Source: Barthelona sp. PCE (taxonomy: Eukaryota). From it: a stretch of 64,000 nt of DNA. The stretch covers positions 930,001-994,000 of the forward strand of contig JAUFOR010000002.1 in assembly GCA_040285745.1 (NCBI GenBank), in the 5' to 3' direction. This document shows positions 18,338-29,129 of this stretch, in pieces. Under the pieces are notes generated by a model that did not search any database, had not been told where the DNA came from, and saw nothing but the letters and a program-made list of their open reading frames with translations. The translations under genes and the position numbers were made by a program. Each line of letters begins with the position of its first letter. Position 1 is the first letter of the stretch.

Positions 18338-21300
18338 ATGGTGAGAGATTTACTCACGTTGTTATTGTTATTATTTGTTTTTGGGCAATGCGTTATTCCA
18401 ATAGTTTTTGATGAGCAAACCGATGATTTTACATATTTCTTGAACAAAAACGACGAGCACAATCTGAAGTTCTCGCTTCCCGTGGACCACAACGTTGGAC
18501 AGGTTGAATTTGTTATACATCATGAAACAAATGTAATTGTGTGTGTTGGTGTTTTATCAAGTAACATTGTATGTGATACCGTGCGTGGAAAGCGCTTTAT
18601 ACTCGGACTTTTGGTCAATAAGCGCAGTTCAGTCCAGACAGTTAAGTTTATTAACGTTCAAGACATTGAAGTGGGTCAGCTTCTCTTCACTGCAACCCAC
18701 GTGCGCCCCACGGTGAACTCTCTCGAGGGAATCTCGTTGGATACACCGAAATCGTTCGATATAACAGAAGATTTCTCAGTCTTCACATTGCCGCTTGAAA
18801 GACATTATAAGGATTATTTCATTTTTGTGGAACTGGGTGGTTCGTATTACTTACAGGACAGCACTGGAATTTCTCTGAGTTTCTGTGAAATTTCAGCAGG
18901 ACAAGGGTCTATCCTAACGATAGACAAAAGCTATGAATCTGCAATCAAGCGCCAGATGTTTGACATCAACAGTGCATACACGGAGGCATTCGGTGACAGC
19001 TATTTCAAGGATGTAGATGAAATTACGATGGTTTTCACTTTGGATCTCAATATCTCTTCAGAGTTCTTAAGTTTTGCAGATAATGATGGTTCACCAACAT
19101 TGGTTAGCGTTTCGTTCCATTTTGTTGACAAGAATGTCCCTGAAGCAACGTTCTCACCACGATCAATTGAGAAGTGGTCATACTCAAGAATTCAGAATGA
19201 GACTAGCGCAATATTTGTTGGAAATAGTCTCCGGCCACACATATATAAGATCGATATGAGTGGAGTTGAACTGTTAGAAAGTGAAGTAATTCTTATATAT
19301 ATATCTGGGTTTGCTGGCACTTTCATGGTTCAATGTAATTTTGATTCGGCAGCATTCAACAGCAGCAGGCCCGTTGATAAATATTTTTCAACGGTAAGAT
19401 TTGACAGACAAGCGCTGTTAGACTCCGGGAATCTCAGAGATTTATACCTAACAGTCTTTGTACCCCCTTCCGAGCTAACATATAACCTTGGAATATTTAA
19501 AACTGACGACAATGAGAACGAGGATGTGTACATGAACGAACCAAACACACTTTCAAAGAGTTTTTTTGCTATTCTAAAGAAGAGGTACATTTTTGAAATG
19601 GAACTCTCGTTTAATGGAGATTTGGAGTTTATCAACCTCCAAGTATTGGCACAGACACCCTCAACATCTAACGTGAAGTCTATATGTGAGTTCAATTTTG
19701 ATTTCGTACCCACTAATAGCCTTTGTAATTACACATTTTCTTCAACTCAGCGCAGTGTAAGAAATGTAACGTTCGATATTTATCCTTGTAGTATACACAG
19801 CAAACTTAAAAACAAATTCAAAGTAATGATAACGGTGATTAAAGCATCACCTTACTTTGGTTGTACAATCATACCCTCATTGTCTTCCAAAAAGCCCAGT
19901 GCACTCAGAGCAGACGGTATCCCAAAGTGCCAGACAATGGAGAAATTTAAACCGTACCCTGTCCATTTCTCCGTAGACCTAAATAATCAAATTATATCAA
20001 AATCATCTTTGTTGCATTTATCGCTGACTGTGATGTCGGATGTGGTGTATGTGTACCCAAACAACTCACTTTACATGTTCTCCATAGACCCAGTGCTTCA
20101 GATTCATACGAACATTGATAATTTTGCTGGTAACTGTCACACATGTTGCCTTTCGCAACACAGTGATCTGAAGACTTTCGCTAAAGAACCCATCAACTGG
20201 TCGCACTCCCTGTTTCGCACAGCAAGCAATGATGAGCGATATCTTTACCTAAACATGACGGACTTGTCCGACATTTCTTTTAAACCTGTGCTGTCGTTTA
20301 GTAGTGAGTACGATCACTTTGTTCTATTTGTAGAGAGAGACGGTGAGCAATTCATAATATCAAACTCTGTTTCAGAGTTTATTGTCGCCTATGACATTAA
20401 TGCATGTGGTATGGATGTATCACTATCAAACTATCATTTGTGTCCTACGATCACGGACATGATCAAATCAAGCTGTGACCGCTTCAAGTTGCAAACAGAT
20501 AATGACCGAGAGTATACGTTAATATGCCACGATGCTGTTATTGAGATTGATTTACCGCTGAATATAACAATCAACGGCGGTGTGTTCGGGACATCAACTG
20601 TGTATCCAATCAGGTCGGATAGAATGCTTCTTTGGACTTCTGAATATCTCACGACAATCAATAGTTTGTTCTACGACTTCCCATTCTATTCGAACGGGGA
20701 AACACAGTATGAGAAATTGCTCCAAAAGGCATGTGATTTAAGTAGTCTACCAGATTCATTTGATGACGCTGTATCAATGTGTCAGAACACATCGAAGAAT
20801 TCTGTACTCTTCTATTCACATTACAAAATTCAAAACATGCAAACTCACATTTCCCTATTACCTCGCAATTATCTGATGATCACCTTCGAAGGCAATGTCT
20901 CGGTGGCGCAGTCGCCCTTTCTAGATGTCAGCTATCAAAGCATACAATTGTTTGGCAACCTCCAGGGTAAGAGTTATCTCGGTTCAACGCTTTTCATGAG
21001 CATTCAGTATGATTTCAGTACTATCCCACCTCAACTATCCGACCACATACCTACTATTAATCGCGTGTGTATGAGTATAGATCAGCCTAATTCTTTCTCG
21101 GATTTTCGTGTTGCTGAAAAATCTTCAGACAACGTTCATCTTGTTTGTGATATTGCGTCCATACAGCTCCTTTCGTATGTTGACCCTGTAGATTCGGCAT
21201 GGCGCCCGTGGAACGGCATTCCCGTGTGTTCACAATACTCAGCTGTCAAATCAGTTCACGTTGTGAGTGATGGTAACAATGCGCAAGAGAAATTCTTTGT

Positions 21301-24300
21301 GAGTGTTAATGATTTTGTGTCAGCAAACGGTTACGGCTTGGCTGTGTATCTTTCCACAGATTCTAATCCTTTACGTGTTAATACCAAACAGGGTGTTGAT
21401 TCAATGATCAATAACGATGCAGCATTCTGTTATTTATTTGGCCAAGCGCACAGTTGTTCGATTCGAATAATGAAGTGTGACTTGCCTTCAGAGTTTTACA
21501 TACACTTTGTAATGTTTGATCAAGAGGCACGTGGCGGTAACAGGCAGCAGTCGGGAGGATACAGTGATCAGCAAGATTTCTCCTATCAGTACAACTTTAA
21601 CACGCTTTTTGATCAAGATTCTGTAGAGGTTTCGAAACCTTTTCTTTTACAATTGGCAGCCGGTGACGTCAAGGCGGTGATCCTATCTCATGTATCCAGT
21701 AGTTACAACGTTGAGCTTCAGATTGATAAGAAGGATATTCCGTCAATCGCAAAACCACAGAGACAACAGCTGCTAGCACGGCTTTTTGATCAATTCTCAA
21801 GAAGTGTGTGTCACCAGGCTTCACAGGAGGATGTATTTACAAGCTCTATTGTATTTAATGCATGTTTCAAATCTGATGAACAGTCGATGCTTGTAGTTCA
21901 GCACGATCAGGTAATACCTGGATGGGGACAGCCGTCATTCTTCTCTGACTACGATGTGTGGGTAAAAATTCATGTTATACCAGCATATGTTAGCGTTTCA
22001 ACTGCCAATATTAGTTCATTAACAAACCGCTTAACACTTTTTAATTATGTGAACGGGCACATATTGCTTCAGTTTGCAAGTTCTTCAAGCGGAGTTTTTG
22101 TATTTAACGGTGTTCTGAGTTGTTCTGAACAAAAAGAACAGATAAGTCTTGATTTTGAGGTTAGATCTCAATATAGCAATGAAACATCCATCTCTTCGCT
22201 GCTGCAGTGCAACCGTGATGATAAGCGCAGTATTTCTGAAACTTTCGATTGCAATGTTGATACCCCACATGTTTTTTTTATAAAACAGTTTATTGATTCA
22301 TCAAGTCATAATGTCGTTGACCTCCGCTTAAAGATTATTGAAAAAGGAAACATCATTACAAAACAAAAAAGTTTTTATGACCTTGATTTTTCAATTTCAT
22401 TAAGTGAAAACGATCAATTTTTCCTAAAAAGTATTGACTTTACTATACAAGAAATTCAATTTACTGAGAATATTAACAATAGAATTAAAATGGATACAAT
22501 AATTGAATTAACATCAAACACTAAAGCAATGGTAGTTTTTAATATTATTCAAAGAGAGTCCTCGGAGAATCCGGTAAGGTTTGGCTTAACGAATGATCTA
22601 CATCTGAGCAAATGTCATGATATCCAAGAACTAGAGGAGTTATGGTACCATAGTCAAACTGTATCAAATTCTATTAATACCATTGTTGTTTCTTCCACAA
22701 TATTCTTGAATGATTTTGTGCTAAAACCATGTTTTCAGGATTTAGGCGTGGTTCTTGAGTATCGATTAGAGAAATCCAAAAAGATGGCCGTCGATTCTGT
22801 GTATCACAATCATAATGGTTTCAGGGAAGCTCTTTTTGAAGTTGACTTTGTTCCCGGTGTTATGTCACTGCGGTTTGAAACAGAAGATAAGAGTAATAGC
22901 CGAAAAGCTGTTGTTTTATTCGGACTTAACGCGGTACCTGGCTTTAAAACAACATTACCAAAAGATACTTTCTGTGAGGTCCATGTTGATGAAGAGAACG
23001 GTAGCTTCACAATGCCAATATGTGATGGTATTGCAAAAACCATGTCTGACAACTCGTTTGTGTTGTATATGGTTGTAGTAACCAGTTTTGATTTTTCAAT
23101 CATCCAGTTTGATTGCACTGAGTATGTTGAAATCATCACCCCGAATCCTATGTTTGAGTACATCCATACAAGGAACGCTATCGAACCTATTGTATTTGGA
23201 AGTAAGTGGGCGGAAGCGAAATATGAAGTTATGCCGACACAGATTGAGATCGAGGTTGTTACTGAACAATACATGTTGAGCAATGCACTCGGAATTTTCT
23301 CAGTGTTTGCTAACTGTAGTGAATTTGCTGACAGAAGCAATATTGCTCTAACTGTCATGCTTTACACATCCTATGACGATGAGACAGTGCTGAAATGTAC
23401 AGTAGACGAGAATCGTGTGTTTTCTGAGGGGAATATTGTTCCGCTTCAATGTGTGGCTGATGATGACCTTGAAAACTATTTGTTATCAAGTGTGCTTCCC
23501 ACTAGAGTTATATTGGTGGCCAAAAATAGCATTTCTGTGATTATTAAAACCAATATAATGTCATTCAGCGAGTCCTTTGACATCAATGAGGACAATTTAT
23601 TCTCAATCGCATTGACTGAAGAAAAACCAGCATCTTACTTCCATTTGAATTTGTTCAACCAGCCACATATACAACCGTACACTGAACCAACAGTCTTTCG
23701 TATTCGTATTGTTGAATTGTTTGCATTGCATAATCATACGTGCTACATGACAACTTACACTATTCGCAAAGATAATCCAATTCCAACCATACTCCACCAT
23801 AACATCGAATTATTTGAAGGAGCAAAACCAAGTAACTTCTTAATTGACAGGATTGATCCAAACACTGTTAACGTGTATCTTGTTTTAACACTATTGGATG
23901 GTCCAATGTCTGTGTTGTTATCTCTTGAGGTACATTCCATATACATACATTCGGGGGATGTGAACCGTGGTCTTTTGTGTTCACATCATTTATCTCCATA
24001 CTGTCTCTTTACAATACCAATTCGTTCAAATCAGTTTGAACGTCAGTATTCTATTAAAGTTACCCCAACAATGGAGAACAGGAAGTGTCCATTTTCAGTG
24101 TATGTTGGTCAAATCTCCGATAACGTTCTTCCTTCCAGTGAAGACTTTAACTATATCTCCAATTTGTACATGAATGACTACATATTGAAGAGTGATGGTG
24201 AGTGTACCACTGGAAACTCGTGTATTTACACCATGTCACTTGTTGACATGGATCATATCACCTTTTCTCCGTCATACGTCTATTTGTTAGCTCGAAGATT

Positions 24301-27121
24301 ATGTGAGTATCGTGTCTATGACAAACCAGTATACTATGAGTACATATCACCAGACTTCTTTGGTTCTGCAACAACAAACGTTCGTGCCACATCAACTTAC
24401 ATTAGCTACTTTTTGTTTCAGTTGAAGTACATTTCCAGTGTTCTGCGCCCATCTATTGTGCAGTTCAAATCTCCAACCCACCTCGAAATCCAGGTCGGAA
24501 AAGATCGTGGCGAGAGTGAGTTCTTTTTGTACACGCACAAATTAACAAAACACGTTAATAGAGTGTACAGGATCGGTGCGAAGTTGTCTGATGAATTTAT
24601 TGAAGCGACTCCGTTTCAGTTTAGTGTCAGGAATGTTATCGAACAGGCAAAGACCGAGTCGGATTCAGTCCTCAATTTTATTAATGGCCAACGCAAAGCT
24701 TTTAAGTATGAAGGGTTGGAACCTACTCAGATGGTCACTGCATTTGGCCTCGACTATAACAGTCGAGAGATTTACAACCCCAAGACAGCTGAAGTTAATG
24801 TTCGTGTGAATAATGTTGAAGTAACTGAACTGTTCACTCCGCAGTACTTGAACAGTAGTCTTTCGTTCTACACAACGTGCGGTGGTCTGAATGGGATACC
24901 TCTCTTTTTGGATATAGGGCTGGATGACACATACACGATAAGGTTCCATACTGCAATTATTACCAGTAGTGATCCATCGATAACGTTTGCACCAGCGTAC
25001 AACGTCCCCACTATTCCGTTTGGAGATCTTTCACATGATCTGCTCTACCCTCCTAATGCTTTTGTATCACGACATTATTTTCGATCGCAGCAGATGAACA
25101 CATTGGCTTCTGTCATTGGATTCGAATTGAATCTCGACATCAATGAGGAGCACGGCTTCTGCGTTATGCGCGTATCTCCAATTGAATCTGATGTTTTTGA
25201 TGGAGAGGCACCCCTCTATTATGTTTCCAAAGCAATATCACCAATGCCTTACTTTGATTCAAGTGTTCCCACTAATTTCATTGGTGCTAAGGAGGGAAGT
25301 GACTTCTGTGCAAAGCACCGTGATATTAAAATTGAGTCTCAACCAGACGAAGAAACTGTATTCACTTTCTTACCCTATGGGCAAAACACAACACGCCCTA
25401 CTCATATTACAGTGACAGGATTGCGCCGCTTCTCGATGTGGGCATACTGTGTTAACGGGTTGAGGCAGAAACTCAACGTTGACCCAGAAACTGGATCCGT
25501 TGAACCGTTATTACTTGATTTTCCCTCAAAAATGTCGATTGATGCGAAAAAAAAAAATATATATGGTTGGTACTTCGAGTACAATTACGAAGATCTTGAT
25601 CTTTCGCATTTGGAGTTGATTGTTGAGGGTGAATCATTGCAGGGCTGCTCAATTGTTCTATTTTCTGATTCTTGCCACACATTCCCCAAACGCAAATTGA
25701 AAGCAGGAGAAGTTTTTATCGTTACATTGTGGGAGTTGCATGAACTTACTTCAAACGATGAGCAAGAGTTTTATATCAAAATACATGATCCAAAATACAA
25801 TGATTGGGATAAAACAGAATTCACACTCAAAATTGAGGGTAAAATTTTTGAACCTCAGTATGTTCCTCCACTAATTGATGTTAATCTTCCAACTTCGTTT
25901 GTGTTTAACGTTAGCAGACGATCAAATCAAAAGTATGTGTACTACACCTTCAGCATGCTTGGAGAATTCCCTCATGGTATTTTTATGTGGTGCAATGGTG
26001 GCAATATATGGGCTTATGATCTCAACAGTCGCAGACTTGATCAGATTGACAATCGCATATGGCATTTACGTACAGAGGAAGATATGAATCGCATATTCTT
26101 GATTACACTTGATGAAGACGTCAAAGCTGGAAATTCTAACTGTACGATATTCTATCAAACAGTGCCAGAGACTCCGCAGCGTTCGATTAAATGTGGTAAA
26201 GGTTCAAATCTATGCCTTTATCTTCATCTTTTTGATCATAATACGATTTTTGAGCATTACGCTGGCTTTGCTTTCAACAAAATAAGCTCCAGGTACCATA
26301 CAACATACATTTATCCGCTACCTCTGTACTCGTTAGATGATTATTTTGTGAAAGACAGCCATCATTTGTGTTTACACAATACAATCGGTTTGGTGGATGG
26401 TGAAAGTTTTGCGAAAAGATGCCGTATCTTCAGATTCAATGATTTATTGAACAAAATGCCAAAGTCTATGCAGTTTGTTGCAATGGTCATAGTATGGGTT
26501 GATGACGAAAATCCAATTCAGATTACTACAAAACCCTTCACAAAACTGATGTTGACTGAATCACAACTGCACAGATCTGAGTGTTATACATCGCTCATGG
26601 GTGTTAGAGGCGTCGTGCTTAAGCCTGATCTGTTCCTTCGCACAGCATCTGAGGTCATTGAGGAATACGACGGCCTGGCAAGAGATCTCAGCTCAAACCT
26701 CATTGAAAGTCTGAGCATCAATACAAAGTGTAATTTCCTGAGTGCTGAGTGCTTCAGTGCGATCCAGAGATTCGCATGCATGCACACGTACATGTCAGTC
26801 ATCCACGATAAGAGTGTCTGCGAGACGTTAGTTGATAACTGCCCATACGTTCTTGGGCTCAACGACATGTACTGCGATCTCCCATACTTCGCCACTGATG
26901 ATGAGTTCGATGTGGTCTTTGAAGATCTTTGGAATCTGGACTATCGTAATTACTTCGTAGGTACTGCTTTTTTCCTAATGTTTGTGGTTGTTTTTCTTCT
27001 GCTGAATATAGTACTGTTATTCTGGAAATATATCTATCATCTCCGCCGCAAATATCTGGTTGAGCGATATGGAATGTTTGTACCAGATGTAGATATTGAT
27101 AGCATACCTCTATTTGCGTAA
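18338..27121 (+). CDS. Giant type I membrane protein, 2927 aa, function unknown
   Basis: Signal peptide MVRDLLTLLLLLFVFGQC, Cys-containing beta-rich ectodomain, a juxtamembrane Cys-rich helical module, a single TM helix (YFVGTAFFLMFVVVFLLLNIVLLFW) and a short tail. Confidence 0.85.
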   Translation: MVRDLLTLLLLLFVFGQCVIPIVFDEQTDDFTYFLNKNDEHNLKFSLPVDHNVGQVEFVIHHETNVIVCVGVLSSNIVCDTVRGKRFILGLLVNKRSSVQTVKFINVQDIEVGQLLFTATHVRPTVNSLEGISLDTPKSFDITEDFSVFTLPLERHYKDYFIFVELGGSYYLQDSTGISLSFCEISAGQGSILTIDKSYESAIKRQMFDINSAYTEAFGDSYFKDVDEITMVFTLDLNISSEFLSFADNDGSPTLVSVSFHFVDKNVPEATFSPRSIEKWSYSRIQNETSAIFVGNSLRPHIYKIDMSGVELLESEVILIYISGFAGTFMVQCNFDSAAFNSSRPVDKYFSTVRFDRQALLDSGNLRDLYLTVFVPPSELTYNLGIFKTDDNENEDVYMNEPNTLSKSFFAILKKRYIFEMELSFNGDLEFINLQVLAQTPSTSNVKSICEFNFDFVPTNSLCNYTFSSTQRSVRNVTFDIYPCSIHSKLKNKFKVMITVIKASPYFGCTIIPSLSSKKPSALRADGIPKCQTMEKFKPYPVHFSVDLNNQIISKSSLLHLSLTVMSDVVYVYPNNSLYMFSIDPVLQIHTNIDNFAGNCHTCCLSQHSDLKTFAKEPINWSHSLFRTASNDERYLYLNMTDLSDISFKPVLSFSSEYDHFVLFVERDGEQFIISNSVSEFIVAYDINACGMDVSLSNYHLCPTITDMIKSSCDRFKLQTDNDREYTLICHDAVIEIDLPLNITINGGVFGTSTVYPIRSDRMLLWTSEYLTTINSLFYDFPFYSNGETQYEKLLQKACDLSSLPDSFDDAVSMCQNTSKNSVLFYSHYKIQNMQTHISLLPRNYLMITFEGNVSVAQSPFLDVSYQSIQLFGNLQGKSYLGSTLFMSIQYDFSTIPPQLSDHIPTINRVCMSIDQPNSFSDFRVAEKSSDNVHLVCDIASIQLLSYVDPVDSAWRPWNGIPVCSQYSAVKSVHVVSDGNNAQEKFFVSVNDFVSANGYGLAVYLSTDSNPLRVNTKQGVDSMINNDAAFCYLFGQAHSCSIRIMKCDLPSEFYIHFVMFDQEARGGNRQQSGGYSDQQDFSYQYNFNTLFDQDSVEVSKPFLLQLAAGDVKAVILSHVSSSYNVELQIDKKDIPSIAKPQRQQLLARLFDQFSRSVCHQASQEDVFTSSIVFNACFKSDEQSMLVVQHDQVIPGWGQPSFFSDYDVWVKIHVIPAYVSVSTANISSLTNRLTLFNYVNGHILLQFASSSSGVFVFNGVLSCSEQKEQISLDFEVRSQYSNETSISSLLQCNRDDKRSISETFDCNVDTPHVFFIKQFIDSSSHNVVDLRLKIIEKGNIITKQKSFYDLDFSISLSENDQFFLKSIDFTIQEIQFTENINNRIKMDTIIELTSNTKAMVVFNIIQRESSENPVRFGLTNDLHLSKCHDIQELEELWYHSQTVSNSINTIVVSSTIFLNDFVLKPCFQDLGVVLEYRLEKSKKMAVDSVYHNHNGFREALFEVDFVPGVMSLRFETEDKSNSRKAVVLFGLNAVPGFKTTLPKDTFCEVHVDEENGSFTMPICDGIAKTMSDNSFVLYMVVVTSFDFSIIQFDCTEYVEIITPNPMFEYIHTRNAIEPIVFGSKWAEAKYEVMPTQIEIEVVTEQYMLSNALGIFSVFANCSEFADRSNIALTVMLYTSYDDETVLKCTVDENRVFSEGNIVPLQCVADDDLENYLLSSVLPTRVILVAKNSISVIIKTNIMSFSESFDINEDNLFSIALTEEKPASYFHLNLFNQPHIQPYTEPTVFRIRIVELFALHNHTCYMTTYTIRKDNPIPTILHHNIELFEGAKPSNFLIDRIDPNTVNVYLVLTLLDGPMSVLLSLEVHSIYIHSGDVNRGLLCSHHLSPYCLFTIPIRSNQFERQYSIKVTPTMENRKCPFSVYVGQISDNVLPSSEDFNYISNLYMNDYILKSDGECTTGNSCIYTMSLVDMDHITFSPSYVYLLARRLCEYRVYDKPVYYEYISPDFFGSATTNVRATSTYISYFLFQLKYISSVLRPSIVQFKSPTHLEIQVGKDRGESEFFLYTHKLTKHVNRVYRIGAKLSDEFIEATPFQFSVRNVIEQAKTESDSVLNFINGQRKAFKYEGLEPTQMVTAFGLDYNSREIYNPKTAEVNVRVNNVEVTELFTPQYLNSSLSFYTTCGGLNGIPLFLDIGLDDTYTIRFHTAIITSSDPSITFAPAYNVPTIPFGDLSHDLLYPPNAFVSRHYFRSQQMNTLASVIGFELNLDINEEHGFCVMRVSPIESDVFDGEAPLYYVSKAISPMPYFDSSVPTNFIGAKEGSDFCAKHRDIKIESQPDEETVFTFLPYGQNTTRPTHITVTGLRRFSMWAYCVNGLRQKLNVDPETGSVEPLLLDFPSKMSIDAKKKNIYGWYFEYNYEDLDLSHLELIVEGESLQGCSIVLFSDSCHTFPKRKLKAGEVFIVTLWELHELTSNDEQEFYIKIHDPKYNDWDKTEFTLKIEGKIFEPQYVPPLIDVNLPTSFVFNVSRRSNQKYVYYTFSMLGEFPHGIFMWCNGGNIWAYDLNSRRLDQIDNRIWHLRTEEDMNRIFLITLDEDVKAGNSNCTIFYQTVPETPQRSIKCGKGSNLCLYLHLFDHNTIFEHYAGFAFNKISSRYHTTYIYPLPLYSLDDYFVKDSHHLCLHNTIGLVDGESFAKRCRIFRFNDLLNKMPKSMQFVAMVIVWVDDENPIQITTKPFTKLMLTESQLHRSECYTSLMGVRGVVLKPDLFLRTASEVIEEYDGLARDLSSNLIESLSINTKCNFLSAECFSAIQRFACMHTYMSVIHDKSVCETLVDNCPYVLGLNDMYCDLPYFATDDEFDVVFEDLWNLDYRNYFVGTAFFLMFVVVFLLLNIVLLFWKYIYHLRRKYLVERYGMFVPDVDIDSIPLFA

Positions 27122-27156
27122 ATAAATCAACATTTGAAAAAACAGATTTTTGTACT

Positions 27157-28170
27157 TTACTTCTGACGTGAACGAATCTTATTAAGAATCCACGTAAGAA
27201 TAGAGTTGTCAACATCCACGAATTCTGCAATAGCAGCCTCAATCTCTTCAATAATATCATTCTGCCACTCAATACACATATCCTTAATACCCAACTCGTT
27301 ATAGACCGCAATAATACGTTCTCTGTTGTTCACAACAGGCACTCCATAGTTCTCATTCAGGATTGCTAACTGTTCATCATTAGCCTTCTCGAGAGCAGTA
27401 ACAATGAGCCAGGTACACTTACCAGAACATATGTCTGAAAAGCCTCCCTTTCCAGTGTCCATGCCGTAGCAATCGAGGAAATCGTCCTGAACCTGGAACA
27501 GGTGTCCCAACTTGACACAAATTTCCTTAAGAGCGTTTAGCACATGTCCACTGGCAGTATGTTTCTCACATAAGACAATACCAGAAGCGATAGGAAGGTA
27601 GAAGCTATAGTAAGCTGTCTTCATCTTTGTGATTTTCTCATAACGGGCTTTGTCAAAAGATTCAATCGTCTGACTGTGGATAGAGTCCATCAACTGACCA
27701 CACTCTGTATAATACGAGACTTCATGGAACAGGTCCAGTAGCTTGGAATAGTGGGGGTGTGATCCAAAGTGCACCTTCAGCATTCGGTAAATGTATGATT
27801 CAAGGAGAAGTGCATCATTAATGGCAATGTTACCAACACCTTCTCTCCTGTACCAGGCCACCTGTCCTCTGCGCATCTCCCCCTTGTCCATGATGTCATC
27901 CACGACAAGGAAAAAAGCTTGAAGAGTTTCTAACAACCAGCCTAAGATGGCAGCCTTTTCGAGCAGATGTTCGTTATCTTTGGGCATCAGTCTCGAAACA
28001 CACTCGACCACGGTCATTCCACGAAACATTTTGCCCCCAGGAACGTTCCAAGTAAAGTTTTCAACAAACCAAGTAACTGCTTCGTCGGATAAATCAAGAT
28101 TATTGAGATGATCCTCGAGTTCAATGAGAAGGATGTCGTCGAAAACACGTTTAAATTGATCGATATTCAT
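27157..28170 (-). CDS. FPPS: Farnesyl diphosphate synthase
   Basis: GGKMFRG, LQAFFLVVDDIMD...RRG, GQLMD, KTAYYSFYLP and FQVQDDFLD. First plausible ATG is at 28170. Confidence 0.93.
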   Translation of the reverse strand: MNIDQFKRVFDDILLIELEDHLNNLDLSDEAVTWFVENFTWNVPGGKMFRGMTVVECVSRLMPKDNEHLLEKAAILGWLLETLQAFFLVVDDIMDKGEMRRGQVAWYRREGVGNIAINDALLLESYIYRMLKVHFGSHPHYSKLLDLFHEVSYYTECGQLMDSIHSQTIESFDKARYEKITKMKTAYYSFYLPIASGIVLCEKHTASGHVLNALKEICVKLGHLFQVQDDFLDCYGMDTGKGGFSDICSGKCTWLIVTALEKANDEQLAILNENYGVPVVNNRERIIAVYNELGIKDMCIEWQNDIIEEIEAAIAEFVDVDNSILTWILNKIRSRQK

Positions 28171-28343
28171 TGTAAGGTTGGGAAAGATGTAAAAAAACCA
28201 AAGCAAGCTATGTGTGGATAATGTGGAGTTTTGGGCTGGTTTTATCACAACACATACCTTCACAACCCACGACTTCCACCCATCGCGATTGTTTAACATT
28301 ATACACCTTTTTCTTGGATTTTTTATCGTCATTTACACTGTAT

Positions 28344-29129
28344 ATGGGTAAGAAAAGTAAGGAAGGCCATAAGAAACGGGCAAAAAAGAAGCGAAACGCT
28401 TCACAAACTTCAAAGAACACTAATCCAAGTGGTCTACCACATAAACAACAAAAGGGACGACAGGGGGCATTGAACCGCCTTGCTATGATGCGTGAACGAG
28501 TGAAGGGTGGTAGATTTAGAAAGCTAAACGAAGAGCTATACACATCAGAATCAACATCTGCTTTTGAGAAGTTTCAGGATGAACCTGAGCTATTTGATGT
28601 ATACCATGAGGGTTTTGCGCTACAGGCTGAGACATGGCCAGTTAATCCACTTGATATTATCATCAAACGTCTTGAAAAGAGCAACGCGTCAATTATTGGT
28701 GATTTCGGTTGTGGAGAGGCTAGACTTGCTAAAACGTTAGCCAACGATGACCGTACAGTGCACTCATTTGATTTGGTAAGCCGTGATCCAATCGTGACAG
28801 CTTGTGACATAGCAAGTACACCGCTCGAACCAGAAACACTCGATTACGCCGTTTACTGTTTATCATTGATGGGAACCAACGTGTCTGACTTCATCACAGA
28901 GGCTCATAGAGTGCTCAAGACAGGTGGAGAACTCCTGATAGCCGAAGTTGTTTCGCGTTTTGAAGACGTTGGAGCGTTTTGCAAAAATGTTGAGGCATTT
29001 GGCTTTCGACAGAAGAAGCGTAAGTCCATCAACTCCTTCTTTGAATTTTTGGTTTTTGAACGCAATGCATTAGGGAATGATAGCAAACCAGAATTACTCC
29101 TTAATCCTTGTATTTACAAACGCAGGTGA
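28344..29129 (+). CDS. RRP8: rRNA m1A methyltransferase Rrp8/nucleomethylin
   Basis: GGRFRKLNEELYT, YHEGF, WPVNPLD, DFGCGEA, CLSLMGTN and C-terminal PCIYKRR. Confidence 0.95.
   Translation: MGKKSKEGHKKRAKKKRNASQTSKNTNPSGLPHKQQKGRQGALNRLAMMRERVKGGRFRKLNEELYTSESTSAFEKFQDEPELFDVYHEGFALQAETWPVNPLDIIIKRLEKSNASIIGDFGCGEARLAKTLANDDRTVHSFDLVSRDPIVTACDIASTPLEPETLDYAVYCLSLMGTNVSDFITEAHRVLKTGGELLIAEVVSRFEDVGAFCKNVEAFGFRQKKRKSINSFFEFLVFERNALGNDSKPELLLNPCIYKRR

Noticed and set aside
22260-22560. AT-rich patch inside the giant membrane protein gene
   Set aside because: The frame stays open with no splice signals or element ends, so it is treated as compositional drift.
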